Shown: positions 1 through 9,457, counted from the first letter of the stretch. The stretch is 32,000 nucleotides of DNA from Candidatus Pelagibacter ubique HTCC1062 (GCF_000012345.1 NC_007205.1:1110001-1142000), one strand, 5' to 3'. The notes: generated from the sequence alone by a model not told the origin. Numbers and translations: made by a program.

Positions 1-855
1 TTTGTTAGTAAACTAAAATCAAATAAAATTTTAAGAGTGCCAGGAGCTTATAACCCACTAACAGCAAAACTAATTGAAGAAATTGGGTATGACGCAGTTT
101 ATGTATCAGGTGGAGTTATGGCTAATGATTTAGGTTTTCCAGATATAGGTTTAACTACGCTTCAAGATGTTAGTACTAGATCTTATTTAATATCTAGAGT
201 TACAAGTTTACCTACCATCGTTGATATCGACACTGGCTTTAAGTCTTGTGAAGAAACTATTAAAACTTTTGAAGAATTTGGGGTGTCAGCAGTTCACTTA
301 GAAGATCAAGTAGAACGAAAAAGATGTGGTCACTTAGATAACAAAGAATTAATTTCAACTGAAGCAATGGTTAAGAAAATTAAAGAATGTGTAGCCGCAA
401 AACAAGATGAAAATTTTAAAATTATAGCAAGATCTGATGCTAAAGGAGTTGAGGGAATAGATAAGATGATTGATAGATGTAAGGCATATATTGATGCTGG
501 AGCTGAAATTATTTTCCCAGAAGCTTTACAGGATGAAAAAGATTTTGAAAAAGTTAGAAAAGAATTATCATGTTACTTACTGGCTAATATGACAGAATTT
601 GGAAAATCTAAGTTATTCAATTACAAAGAGTTAGAAAATTTTGGGTATAATATTGTGATTTATCCAGTAACCACACAAAGATTGGCTATGAAAAATGTAG
701 AAGATGGTCTTAGAGACATTTTTGTGAATGGACATCAGAACAACATTATTGATAAAATGCAAACTAGAAAAAGACTTTACGAGTTAGTAGAATATGAAAA
801 GTACAATTCGTTAGATGAAAAAATTTATAACTTTAGTACGGAAGGACATGAATAA
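1..855 (+). CDS. prpB: methylisocitrate lyase (isocitrate lyase/PEP mutase superfamily), 5' end outside window
   Basis: Frame 1 is open from base 1 (FVSKLKSNKILRVPGAYNPL...), so the listed ORF 37..855 is an internal piece. The superfamily signature K-R-C-G-H is present (ERKRCGHLD). The stop overlaps by 1 nt the start of a citrate-synthase-family gene, as in prpBC operons. Confidence 0.85.
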   Translation, partial: FVSKLKSNKILRVPGAYNPLTAKLIEEIGYDAVYVSGGVMANDLGFPDIGLTTLQDVSTRSYLISRVTSLPTIVDIDTGFKSCEETIKTFEEFGVSAVHLEDQVERKRCGHLDNKELISTEAMVKKIKECVAAKQDENFKIIARSDAKGVEGIDKMIDRCKAYIDAGAEIIFPEALQDEKDFEKVRKELSCYLLANMTEFGKSKLFNYKELENFGYNIVIYPVTTQRLAMKNVEDGLRDIFVNGHQNNIIDKMQTRKRLYELVEYEKYNSLDEKIYNFSTEGHE

Positions 856-1979
856 TGAGTGATGATATTAAAAAAGGTTTACTAGGGATAGTTGTTGATG
901 AAACAGAAATTTCAAAAGTTATGCCAGAGATCAATTCTCTTACTTATAGAGGTTATGCAGCTCAAGATTTATGTGCAAGATGTGATTTTGAAGAAGTTGC
1001 TTACTTAATTTTAAATAAAGAATTACCTAATAAAAAACAATTAAAGGAATTTAAGAAAGAATTATCTAAAGAAATAACTTTATCTAAAAATTTATTAAGT
1101 ATTTTAAAAAAAATACCTAAAAATTCTCATCCAATGGATGTTGCGAGAACAGCTGTTAGTGTCATGGGTCTTGAAGACAAAGAAACTAAAGATAGCTCAC
1201 CAAAAGCAAATTTAAGAAAGGCGATTAGAATTCTTGCAAAAACACCTACAGCGTTAGCTGCTTTTTACAGACTTCGAAAAGGGAAAAAAATTATAGCTCC
1301 AAAGAAAAATCTTACTTTTTCTGGAAACTTTTTCCATATGTGCTTTGGAAAAGTTCCTGAAAAAGAAATTGTTAAAGCTTTTGATGTATCACTAATTTTA
1401 TACGCTGAGCATAGTTTTAACGTATCCACATTTACTGCAAGAACTATTACCAGTAGTTTATCTGACATTCATGGAGCAATCACAGGTGCGATCGCTAGTT
1501 TAAAAGGTCCTCTTCATGGTGGTGCTAATGAAGAAGTAATGCACATGATGAAGAAAATTAAAAAACCTGAGAACGCTTTAAAATGGATTACGAAGGCTCT
1601 TAAAAACAAAGATGTGGTGATGGGATTTGGTCATAGAGTTTACAAAAGTGGAGACTCAAGAGTTCCAACCATGAGAGAATACTTTAAAAGAGTAGCTATT
1701 ATTAAAAAAGATAAAACATTTGAAAAAATTTATGACATCGTTGAAAAGGTAATGATTAAAGAAAAAAATATTTATCCAAATGTTGATTACCCAACAGGAC
1801 CTACTTACCATTTAATGGGTTTTGATACTGATTTCTTTACCCCAATATTTGTAATTTCAAGAATTACAGGTTGGTCTGCACATATCATGGAGCAACATGC
1901 TGCTAATAAATTAATTAGACCACTTGCAAGTTATAAAGGTAGCAAGCACAGAAAAGTAATACAGCTTAACCAAAGATAA
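855..1979 (+). CDS. prpC: 2-methylcitrate synthase (citrate synthase family)
   Basis: The citrate synthase signature GFGHRVYKSGDSR and the catalytic-region motifs (HGGANE, YPNVDY) are present. The call as prpC rather than gltA rests on the 1-nt overlap with prpB. Confidence 0.75.
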   Translation: MSDDIKKGLLGIVVDETEISKVMPEINSLTYRGYAAQDLCARCDFEEVAYLILNKELPNKKQLKEFKKELSKEITLSKNLLSILKKIPKNSHPMDVARTAVSVMGLEDKETKDSSPKANLRKAIRILAKTPTALAAFYRLRKGKKIIAPKKNLTFSGNFFHMCFGKVPEKEIVKAFDVSLILYAEHSFNVSTFTARTITSSLSDIHGAITGAIASLKGPLHGGANEEVMHMMKKIKKPENALKWITKALKNKDVVMGFGHRVYKSGDSRVPTMREYFKRVAIIKKDKTFEKIYDIVEKVMIKEKNIYPNVDYPTGPTYHLMGFDTDFFTPIFVISRITGWSAHIMEQHAANKLIRPLASYKGSKHRKVIQLNQR

Positions 1980-2606
1980 TTAATTTTTTTCTATTTTAGC
2001 AAATCTTTCGAAAATAATTTCTGATTTGAGATTGTTATCTCTAACAAATTCATCTATGGCTTGTTTGACCCCTGGTGCTTGACTTAAGTTGTAGTCATCA
2101 CAAAGAACGGTTCCATTATTATCTAGAACTGGTTTTGAATAATGAAGGTCATTTTTAACCGTCTCATAAGCATGTCCTCCATCTAAAAAGACATAGTCAA
2201 TTTGAGACATATCCATCTTTTTTAAAAGTAAATTTGAATTCCCTTTAATTAAATGAATATTTTCTTTAAATTTTTTTAAAAGATAGGTTACCGCCTCAAC
2301 TGAGTATGGATCTTGTCTTAAGATATACTTGAAATATATTTGCTTTAAGGGATTATTAAACCTAGTGTTTGGTATAACTTCATTAGCATTTTCAGCACTT
2401 TCACCAAACAAATCTAATCCTATATATTTGAAATCATTTCCATGAATGCTGTGTAATAACTCACAAACATTTCGTGCAGTAACACCATGAAACACACCAA
2501 TCTCAAGGAAATTTTTAGGTTTCTTGGAGGCTATTTCATTAAGAAATTGCTCTCCAATACCTTCTTGTTTAAGGCTAGTTTTTCTAAAATATTTCTTATA
2601 TTTCAA
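1980..2606 (-). CDS. class I SAM-dependent methyltransferase (Methyltransf_24 / TylF-like look)
   Basis: SAM-binding motif I LEIGVFHGVTA is present, and later VFLDGGHAYE is typical of this O-methyltransferase-like subgroup. The only available start is TTG, 4 nt after the nrdB stop, so the gene is probably co-transcribed with nrdAB. Confidence 0.6.
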   Translation of the reverse strand: MKYKKYFRKTSLKQEGIGEQFLNEIASKKPKNFLEIGVFHGVTARNVCELLHSIHGNDFKYIGLDLFGESAENANEVIPNTRFNNPLKQIYFKYILRQDPYSVEAVTYLLKKFKENIHLIKGNSNLLLKKMDMSQIDYVFLDGGHAYETVKNDLHYSKPVLDNNGTVLCDDYNLSQAPGVKQAIDEFVRDNNLKSEIIFERFAKIEKN

Positions 2607-2610
2607 AAGA

Positions 2611-3639
2611 TTAACTAAAAGCTTCTGTCCAAGTTCCTTGAGTTGCTGCTTTAGAATATTCAGTAGAACGACCTTCGAAGAAGTTCATGTGTTCAACTGC
2701 ATTCAACATAGAATCTAACCAAGTAAGTGGGTTCTTGTCCACATCATAAATTGGCTCTAATCCAAGCTGAGATAATCTTCTGTTAGCAATAAATCTTATA
2801 TAAAGTTTTACATCTTGCGCTGTAAGACCTTGCATAGGACCCATTTCAAAAGCTAAATCAATGAAAGCATCCTCATGCTCAATGATTGTTCTACATGCTT
2901 TATAAAGTTCTGCTTTTAATTCAGGAGTCCAGATTTCTGGGTTCTCATGAATGAACTCTTTAAACAGTCTAATCATAGAGTTACAGTGCAACGTTTCATC
3001 TCTTACAGACCAAGTAACAATTTGGCCCATCCCTTTCATTTTATTATGTCTTGGGAAGTTAAGTAAGATTGCAAAACTTGCAAATAATTGTAAGCCTTCA
3101 GTGAATGCACTAAATACAGCTACCGTTAATGCAATGTCTTTTTTTGAACTCATGTCAAAATTTTGCATGTAGTCGTATTTATCTTTCATCTCTTTATATT
3201 TCATGAACGCAGAATATTCAGACTCAGGCATTCCAATCGTATCAAGTAAATGAGAGTAAGCTGCGATGTGAACTGTTTCCATTGAAGCAAAAGCAGTCAT
3301 CATCATTAAAACTTCTGTAGGTTTAAACACAGTTGTATAATGTCTTAAATAACAATTTTGTACTTCAACATCAGCTTGAGTAAAAAATCTAAAAATTTGT
3401 GTTAATAAATTTTTTTCAGATTGAGTTAAATTTTTCTGCCAATCTCTAACATCATCACCAAGAGGCACCTCCTCTGGTAACCAATGAATTCTTTGTTGAG
3501 TTAACCAAGCATCATAACACCATGGATATCTAAAAGGTTTGTAAACTGGGTTTTCAACTAGCAGTCCCATTTTTTGGGGTTTAACTATTTCCTCTTTTGG
3601 TGGTTGAATAATTTTAGTATTCATTTTTTCTACTGACAT
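2611..3639 (-). CDS. nrdB: ribonucleotide reductase class I beta (R2) subunit
   Basis: Di-iron/tyrosyl radical motifs are present: ADVEV (first Asp ligand), SMETVHIAAY (ExxH plus radical Tyr at +4), FTEGLQLFASF, and VRDETLH (second ExxH). The listed start 3648 is GTG. ATG at 3639 overlaps the nrdA stop by 10 nt; ATG at 3624 is an alternative. Confidence 0.85.
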   Translation of the reverse strand: MSVEKMNTKIIQPPKEEIVKPQKMGLLVENPVYKPFRYPWCYDAWLTQQRIHWLPEEVPLGDDVRDWQKNLTQSEKNLLTQIFRFFTQADVEVQNCYLRHYTTVFKPTEVLMMMTAFASMETVHIAAYSHLLDTIGMPESEYSAFMKYKEMKDKYDYMQNFDMSSKKDIALTVAVFSAFTEGLQLFASFAILLNFPRHNKMKGMGQIVTWSVRDETLHCNSMIRLFKEFIHENPEIWTPELKAELYKACRTIIEHEDAFIDLAFEMGPMQGLTAQDVKLYIRFIANRRLSQLGLEPIYDVDKNPLTWLDSMLNAVEHMNFFEGRSTEYSKAATQGTWTEAFS

Positions 3640-5567
3640 GATAGGCACTCCTCGTATTCTGGTTGTTCAGTTGTTTGTGGTTTTGATTTGTAAACATTTG
3701 CGTTAACATCTGTTGCTTTAGTGTCATTAACATTTTCCGCACGTTGAATTGATTTTGATCTACAGTAATAAAGGCTCTTTAAACCTTTTTTCCAAGCATC
3801 AAAATGAATTTTGTGCAATTCTCTTTTGTGAATATCAGCTGGCACGAATAAGTTAATTGATTGAGCTTGAGATATATACGGCGTTCTATCTCCACTTAAT
3901 TCAATAATCCATTTTTGATCCAACTCAAAAGCAGTTTTGAAAACATCTTTTTCTAAATCAGTTAAAAAATCTAAATGAGAAACGGACCCTTGATTTGTTG
4001 TAATACCAGACCAAACATCATCAGTATTTTTCCCATGTTTTTCTAATAATTCTACTAAGTATCTGTTTCTAACATTAAATGATCCAGATAAAGTTTTGTG
4101 CGTGTAACTATTTGCTGCAACTGGCTCTACTCCAGGGGATGCTCCACCACAGATAATAGAAATAGAAGCTGTAGGTGCAATCGCAGTTTTGTTAGAAAAT
4201 CTTTCATTATAACCATAATCTGCAGCATCTGGACAAGCTCCTCTTTCATCAGCTAAATCTTTTGAGGCTTGATCTACGTGTTCTTGAATATGTTTGAATA
4301 TCTTTTTATTCCAAGCTTTACTCATAACTGACTCAAGTGGAATACTATGCTTTTGTAAGTAAGAATGGAAACCCATAACACCTAGGCCAACACTTCTTTC
4401 TTTTTCAGCAGAATATTTTGCATCATCAAATTGCTCTGGAGCTCTTTCAATAAAATCAGTTAATACGTTATCTAAAAATCTCATAACATCGTTAATCATA
4501 ACGTTGTCGTCTTTCCACTCATCATACTTTTCTAAGTTTAAAGATGATAAACAACAAACAGCAGTTCTATCTCTGCCATTTTTATCTATTCCTGTAGGTA
4601 ATGTGATTTCACTACAAAGGTTAGAAGTTTTAACAGTTAGATTTGCTAATTTATGGTGTTGTGGAATTTGTCTATTCACTGTATCGATATAGATTATATA
4701 AGGCTCACCTGTTTCAATTCTTGCAGTTAATAATCTAATCCATAAATTTCTTGCAGAGATAGTTTGTTGTACAGTTCCATCTGCAGGACTTTTTAATGCC
4801 CATTGCTCATCTGTTTCAACAGCTCTCATAAATGCATCTGATACTAAAACACCATGATGAAGGTTTAATGCTTTTCTATTTGGATCTCCACCTGTGGGTC
4901 TTCTCATTTCAATAAACTCTTCAATTTCAGGATGCTCAATTGGAAGATAACAAGCAGCAGATCCTCTTCTTAATGAACCTTGACTAATTGCCATCGTTAA
5001 CGAGTCCATTACTTTGATGAAAGGAATTATTCCTGATGTCTTTCCAACTTTACCAATTTTTTCTCCAATAGATCTAAGGTTACCCCAGTAACTTCCAATC
5101 CCACCACCTTTAGCAGCTAACCAAACGTTCTCACTCCATAGATCAAGTATTCCATTTAAACTGTCTGATGCTTCATTTAAAAAACATGAAATTGGCAAAC
5201 CTCTTTTAGTTCCACCATTTGATAAAACTGGAGTTGCTGGCATAAACCATAAATTACTAATGTAGTTATAAATTCTTTGTGCATGTAAATTGTCATCTGC
5301 ATATGAACTTGCAACACGAGCAAATAAATCTTGAAAAGATTCGTTTTGACCTAAGTATCTATCTTTTAAAGTTGCTTTACCAAAGTCAGTTAATTTTGAA
5401 TCTCTTGTTCTATCAATTTTAATAATTATACCTTTTTCATTTTGAAAAAGTTCTGTATCATTGCTAAGTGAAAATAAATCTGGACCTTTGCTCTTTGAAA
5501 GTTCGCTATTATTTGGGCTATATTCGGAGACAGCTTTCTTGAGTGCCTGTGATAGTATTTTGTTCAT
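3630..5567 (-). CDS. nrdA: ribonucleotide reductase class I alpha (R1) subunit, short form without visible ATP-cone
   Basis: Active-site motifs SNLCSEITLP and PTASIS are present, along with the C-terminal redox pair CLSCQ. It lies immediately upstream of nrdB. It is 645 aa, and I could not see an ATP-cone-type motif in the first ~100 residues. Confidence 0.9.
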   Translation of the reverse strand: MNKILSQALKKAVSEYSPNNSELSKSKGPDLFSLSNDTELFQNEKGIIIKIDRTRDSKLTDFGKATLKDRYLGQNESFQDLFARVASSYADDNLHAQRIYNYISNLWFMPATPVLSNGGTKRGLPISCFLNEASDSLNGILDLWSENVWLAAKGGGIGSYWGNLRSIGEKIGKVGKTSGIIPFIKVMDSLTMAISQGSLRRGSAACYLPIEHPEIEEFIEMRRPTGGDPNRKALNLHHGVLVSDAFMRAVETDEQWALKSPADGTVQQTISARNLWIRLLTARIETGEPYIIYIDTVNRQIPQHHKLANLTVKTSNLCSEITLPTGIDKNGRDRTAVCCLSSLNLEKYDEWKDDNVMINDVMRFLDNVLTDFIERAPEQFDDAKYSAEKERSVGLGVMGFHSYLQKHSIPLESVMSKAWNKKIFKHIQEHVDQASKDLADERGACPDAADYGYNERFSNKTAIAPTASISIICGGASPGVEPVAANSYTHKTLSGSFNVRNRYLVELLEKHGKNTDDVWSGITTNQGSVSHLDFLTDLEKDVFKTAFELDQKWIIELSGDRTPYISQAQSINLFVPADIHKRELHKIHFDAWKKGLKSLYYCRSKSIQRAENVNDTKATDVNANVYKSKPQTTEQPEYEECLSCQ

Positions 5568-5723
5568 ATTTTAATATTTTATAAGTTATTTTTCACAAAA
5601 CAACTACATGTTGTATGCTGAAACCATTGATACACCATATAAATCATTATTCAACAGAACATTTATAGAACATATAAAAAAAAAATCAATAAAAAAATAA
5701 AATGAATGTAAGAAAGGTTAACA

Positions 5724-7178
5724 ATGACAACAAATTTAAAAATAGATCCATATGGCTTCAGAGAGTATGACGCGAGGTGGTTGTACGAGAAGGACATAAA
5801 CCAACTCGGAATAGAGAATCTAGGAAGAGGTTTAGGAACTCAAATTATAAAACATACAAAAAAAACTAATCCAAGAGTAATTGTTGGTCATGATTATAGA
5901 TCTTACAGTGAAGAAATAAAATCTGCTCTTAAAAAAGGACTACTTTCAACTGGATGTAATGTTGAAGACATAGGTTTATCATTATCCCCTACTGTTTATT
6001 TTGCACAATTTAATTTAGATGCAGATGCTGTTGCAATGGTAACTGCTAGTCATAATGAAAATGGTTGGACTGGAGTTAAAATGGGTATCAAAAAAGGTTT
6101 AACCCATGCACCAGAAGAGATGAAAGAATTAAAAGAAATTACCTTAAATGAAAATTTCATAAAAGGTGAAGGTAATGAGAAACACATAGATGGTTTTCAG
6201 CAAATTTATAAAAATGATTTAATAAATAAAAATAAAATAACAAAAAAAATTAAAGCAGTTGTTGCATGTGGTAATGGTACCGCTGGAATATTTGCCCCTG
6301 AAATTTTAAGAGGTATTGGTTGTGAGGTAATAGAACTCGATTGTGATCTTGATTGGACTTTTCCAAAATATAATCCAAATCCAGAAGATTTAGAGATGTT
6401 ACATGCAATTGCAAAAGCTGTAAAAGATAATAACGCTGATATTGGTTTCGGTTTTGATGGTGATGGCGATAGAGTTGGTGTAATTGATAATACAGGGGAT
6501 GAAATATTTTCAGATAAAATTGGATTATTGATCGCAAGAAATTTATCTAAAACTCATAAAAATTCTAAATTTATAGTTGATGTAAAATCAACTGGATTGT
6601 ACGCAACTGATAAAGTTTTAAGTGATAATAACTGTGAAACCATTTATTGGAAGACAGGTCACTCACACATTAAAAGAAAAGTTAATACTGAAAAAGCATT
6701 AGCTGGATTTGAGAAAAGTGGTCATTTTTTCTTTAACCAACCTTTAGGTTTTGGTTATGATGATGGAATAAATTCTGCAATTCATGTGTGCCATTTATTA
6801 GATAATCAAAATAAATCTATGAATGAAATTATAAAAGAATTACCTAATACTTTTCAAACCCCAACAATGGCTCCCTTTTGTAAGGATGAAGAGAAATATC
6901 AAGTAGTTGAAGATTTAGTTAAGCAAGTAAACGCTATTAAAGATAATAAAACTAAAATTGATGACCAAGAGATTAGTGAAGTCTTAACAGTTAATGGTAT
7001 CAGGTTTTCTTTTAAAGATGGATCATGGGGTTTAATTAGAGCCTCATCAAATAAACCATCATTAGTTATTGTAACCGAAAGCCCAACATCAGATGAGAGA
7101 AAGAAAAAGATCTTTGATTTTATTGATGACCTTTTACAAAAAACTGGCAAAGTTGGTGAATATGATCAAAAAATATAA
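5724..7178 (+). CDS. phosphomannomutase/phosphoglucomutase (alpha-D-phosphohexomutase family)
   Basis: The catalytic phosphoserine loop TASHNENGWTG and the Mg-binding loop GFGFDGDGDR are present. Sugar-binding region: GFEKSGH. Confidence 0.85.
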   Translation: MTTNLKIDPYGFREYDARWLYEKDINQLGIENLGRGLGTQIIKHTKKTNPRVIVGHDYRSYSEEIKSALKKGLLSTGCNVEDIGLSLSPTVYFAQFNLDADAVAMVTASHNENGWTGVKMGIKKGLTHAPEEMKELKEITLNENFIKGEGNEKHIDGFQQIYKNDLINKNKITKKIKAVVACGNGTAGIFAPEILRGIGCEVIELDCDLDWTFPKYNPNPEDLEMLHAIAKAVKDNNADIGFGFDGDGDRVGVIDNTGDEIFSDKIGLLIARNLSKTHKNSKFIVDVKSTGLYATDKVLSDNNCETIYWKTGHSHIKRKVNTEKALAGFEKSGHFFFNQPLGFGYDDGINSAIHVCHLLDNQNKSMNEIIKELPNTFQTPTMAPFCKDEEKYQVVEDLVKQVNAIKDNKTKIDDQEISEVLTVNGIRFSFKDGSWGLIRASSNKPSLVIVTESPTSDERKKKIFDFIDDLLQKTGKVGEYDQKI

Positions 7179-7443
7179 ATATCTACTAATCTTTATCCTC
7201 CTATTTACCTCTAAAAGTCATGCTCTAAGCCCTCAATATGAGAAGGAATTATACATTGGTTGTTACACTAACTCTAAGCAATATTTGGGTAACGAAAATG
7301 CTAAAGTATACTGCCAGTGCACAATTGATAAATTAAGCGCTAAATTCAATGACAAACAAATCGATGAAGTCTTTAGTAAAACACCTGAAGAGATCATGGA
7401 GCTAACTGCATTTGCAACAGAGGAATGTGAAAATAACCAATGA
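7162..7443 (+). CDS. small exported Cys-containing protein, unknown function
   Basis: The internal ATG at 7162 gives [21 protein letters not shown]|LSP, a classical Sec signal peptide. The upstream part of the listed ORF (7093..) overlaps the end of the phosphomannomutase gene. The mature part has 4 Cys. Confidence 0.5.
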   Translation: MIKKYKYLLIFILLFTSKSHALSPQYEKELYIGCYTNSKQYLGNENAKVYCQCTIDKLSAKFNDKQIDEVFSKTPEEIMELTAFATEECENNQ

Positions 7444-7467
7444 TGACCCCAAAAGATTATATATCCC

Positions 7468-7532
7468 TATATTTACTAGTTATTGTGTTAACGGTAGTCT
7501 CAGTTAACTTCATGTACCGTCTCTATTTCTAG
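7468..7532. repeat. 65-bp direct repeat, copy L (att-like); 62/65 identical to 9393..9457
   Basis: Aligned by eye: tatatttactagttattgtGttaacgGtagtctcagttaacttcatgtaccgtctctatttCtag versus the same string with C, T, T at the capitalised positions. This copy is the last 21 codons plus the TAG stop of a + strand 29-codon mini-ORF (7443..7532). Confidence 0.9.
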
Positions 7533-7611
7533 TAATAAAACTTAACCTTTTCTTATTTTTTTCTAATATTCATCTAAATCTATGTTTTTATACTTTGATT
7601 AAGTAAAACAA

Positions 7612-8571
7612 TCAGCATGTAGGACAAGCTTCTGTAGCAAGCGAACCTGCATCAGCATCTGATTTTGATTTCTGATCAGATCTATCACTTTCAGAATAAC
7701 TTGCTGCAGCTTCTGCTTTTGCTGTATCTGAACCTATATCACCAGATGCTATTTCAGCCGCCATTTCTGCCATAGCCTCATTGTGAGCTGCCGCATCAAA
7801 AAAATCACTTTGCATTGTTTCAAGTGTTGGCATCACATCGACATCAAGATTTTGGGACTTAGCTGCATCTGCAACTGCTGTTGTTGATTCAGTAATTCCA
7901 AGTCTTTCAGCTTCAGCAATAGTCTCTAGTTGTTTAGTATAGTCCTCTTCTGAAATTCCTTTTTTAGATGCATTTAAAACATCTTCTTTTAATGAGGAGT
8001 TCTCGCTTACAACTTTTGCAATATCTTCAAAATTTAAAGTGTTAACTCCTAATTCATTTAAATTTTTGCTGACTTGAAAAAGATTAAGACCCTCTTTCTC
8101 AACAATAGTCATATTCTCAACTAAAGATGTAATTTTTTCATTTTTAATAATCTTCATTTGTTTACTTGTTTCCATTATTTCTTGAAAATTTTCTTTAGGT
8201 AAACTTTTCATATCTACAACAGATAAGTCGTTACTAAACTCTTTGGGTGCCAACTTACTAATATCAGCAAGTGACTTATCAATATAATCTAGAGTTATTT
8301 TAGTGATTTCAATTTTGTTTTCTTTGAAATTTTCATTAGCAAAGTCAAAAGCTTGATCCAATTCTTTAATCGCTTCATCAATAACTGTCAATTCGTCAGA
8401 GGCCTCTGTGGGTAATTTGTCTAACTGTTTTCTAATTTTATTTGTCTCTTTAATAAATTTTTTATATTCTTTTTCAGCATCATTAGCATAAGTTAAATTT
8501 GACATTAAAAATAAAATCATCAGACTTACAAATATTATATATTTTATGTTATTAAATTTATCTTTAATCAT
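7612..8571 (-). CDS. exported coiled-coil-like protein with an acidic Ala/Ser/Asp-rich C-terminus ending in CPTC
   Basis: Signal peptide MIKDKFNNIKYIIFVSLMILFLMSNLTYA|ND. ATGA start/stop overlap with the upstream ORF. I recognised no family motif. Confidence 0.55.
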   Translation of the reverse strand: MIKDKFNNIKYIIFVSLMILFLMSNLTYANDAEKEYKKFIKETNKIRKQLDKLPTEASDELTVIDEAIKELDQAFDFANENFKENKIEITKITLDYIDKSLADISKLAPKEFSNDLSVVDMKSLPKENFQEIMETSKQMKIIKNEKITSLVENMTIVEKEGLNLFQVSKNLNELGVNTLNFEDIAKVVSENSSLKEDVLNASKKGISEEDYTKQLETIAEAERLGITESTTAVADAAKSQNLDVDVMPTLETMQSDFFDAAAHNEAMAEMAAEIASGDIGSDTAKAEAAASYSESDRSDQKSKSDADAGSLATEACPTC

Positions 8572-9218
8572 TTTTGTATTTCATCGTATAAATCAAGGTT
8601 CTCTTTATTCTTTAAAGTAGAATTAAAGGTACTAATTGCATTTTTATACTTAGTTAATAATTCTGCGCGCTTTTTTGTATTTTTATCAATCTTATTTTTT
8701 TTAATTTCTCCTTTGTTTAGAAAATCACCCATTACCCAATATCGCTCCATAGCATCTTCAACACTAGTGTTTAAATCCATCCCTAAAGCTGCTCTCATTT
8801 TTTCTCTACTCTTGTTTAATTTAATTAATGAAACTACATTTTTTCCATACCTTTTTTTATCTGGCCAAGTAGATACAAATTTTTGAAGTTTTTTTTGATT
8901 CTGTTTTAATTGTTGAAGGTAATATAATTCAAATTGTGCAAGTGCATATAACTGCTCACCTGGGTATTTTTGGTGATATTCAGGACCACGTTGGAATGTT
9001 TTAGACATTGTTTTGGTTGCTTTGTTTGCTCGACAATAAAATTTAACACAACTTTTACTAAAAGATTCTAACATACCAACAGGATATACTTTTGGCTCAA
9101 CAAAAACGCCCAGAGCTTTGATTTCCTGTATCACTGTTAGAGGCTCTTTTGTTGCGCTAAATGAATTTGAGTGAAAAATAATAAAAAAACTTATAATTAA
9201 AGTAGTTAAGATTTTCAT
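8568..9218 (-). CDS. exported protein, unknown function
   Basis: Signal peptide MKILTTLIISFFIIFHSNSFS|A. Translationally coupled (ATGA) to 7612..8571. No recognisable motif. Confidence 0.55.
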   Translation of the reverse strand: MKILTTLIISFFIIFHSNSFSATKEPLTVIQEIKALGVFVEPKVYPVGMLESFSKSCVKFYCRANKATKTMSKTFQRGPEYHQKYPGEQLYALAQFELYYLQQLKQNQKKLQKFVSTWPDKKRYGKNVVSLIKLNKSREKMRAALGMDLNTSVEDAMERYWVMGDFLNKGEIKKNKIDKNTKKRAELLTKYKNAISTFNSTLKNKENLDLYDEIQK

Positions 9219-9392
9219 TAATCATTAATTTATTCATTTATCTAGAGTTGTCTATATGACATGTAAGGTTTTTATTTTATTAAATAGAACTTTTTTAATA
9301 ATAAAATGGCGCCTTTTTATTCACCTTTCATTGGTATTCATTTGAATGAATACTTATCCATCTTCCTTGTTTATGAGTATTAACCCAACTAA

Positions 9393-9457
9393 TATATTTA
9401 CTAGTTATTGTCTTAACGTTAGTCTCAGTTAACTTCATGTACCGTCTCTATTTTTAG
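9393..9457. repeat. 65-bp direct repeat, copy R (att-like), orphan 3' fragment of the mini-ORF
   Basis: The same 65-mer as 7468..7532 with 3 substitutions. In the + frame it reads ...YLLVIVLTLVSVNFMYRLYF*, but there is an in-frame TGA at 9374..9376 and no start codon after it. Confidence 0.9.

Noticed and set aside
5600-5646. Possible tandem NrdR operators upstream of nrdA: palindrome ACAAC-N5-GTTGT (5600..5614, within the 16-mer 5600..5615) and ACACCATATAAATCAT (5631..5646), centres about 31 bp apart
   Set aside because: The second site matches my remembered NrdR-box consensus (ACACnAtATaTnGTGT) in only about 11/16 positions, all in one half. The first has different half-site spacing. This is too weak to call without a genome-wide motif model and proof that nrdR exists in this genome.
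7093-7161. Upstream extension of ORF 7093..7443 (MRERKRSLILLMTFYKK...)
   Set aside because: It overlaps the last 86 nt of the phosphomannomutase gene. The internal ATG at 7162 yields a textbook signal peptide, so the extension is probably not translated.
7457-9438. Minus-strand mini-ORFs inside the direct repeats (7457..7513, MKLTETTVNTITSKYRDI*; 9328..9438, MKLTETNVKTITSKYISWVNTHKQGRWISIHSNEYQ*)
   Set aside because: Both substitutions that fall inside this frame are non-synonymous, whereas in the + frame the three differences are two synonymous changes and one Val->Leu. The repeat also ends exactly at the + frame stop codon. With only three differences this is suggestive, not decisive.
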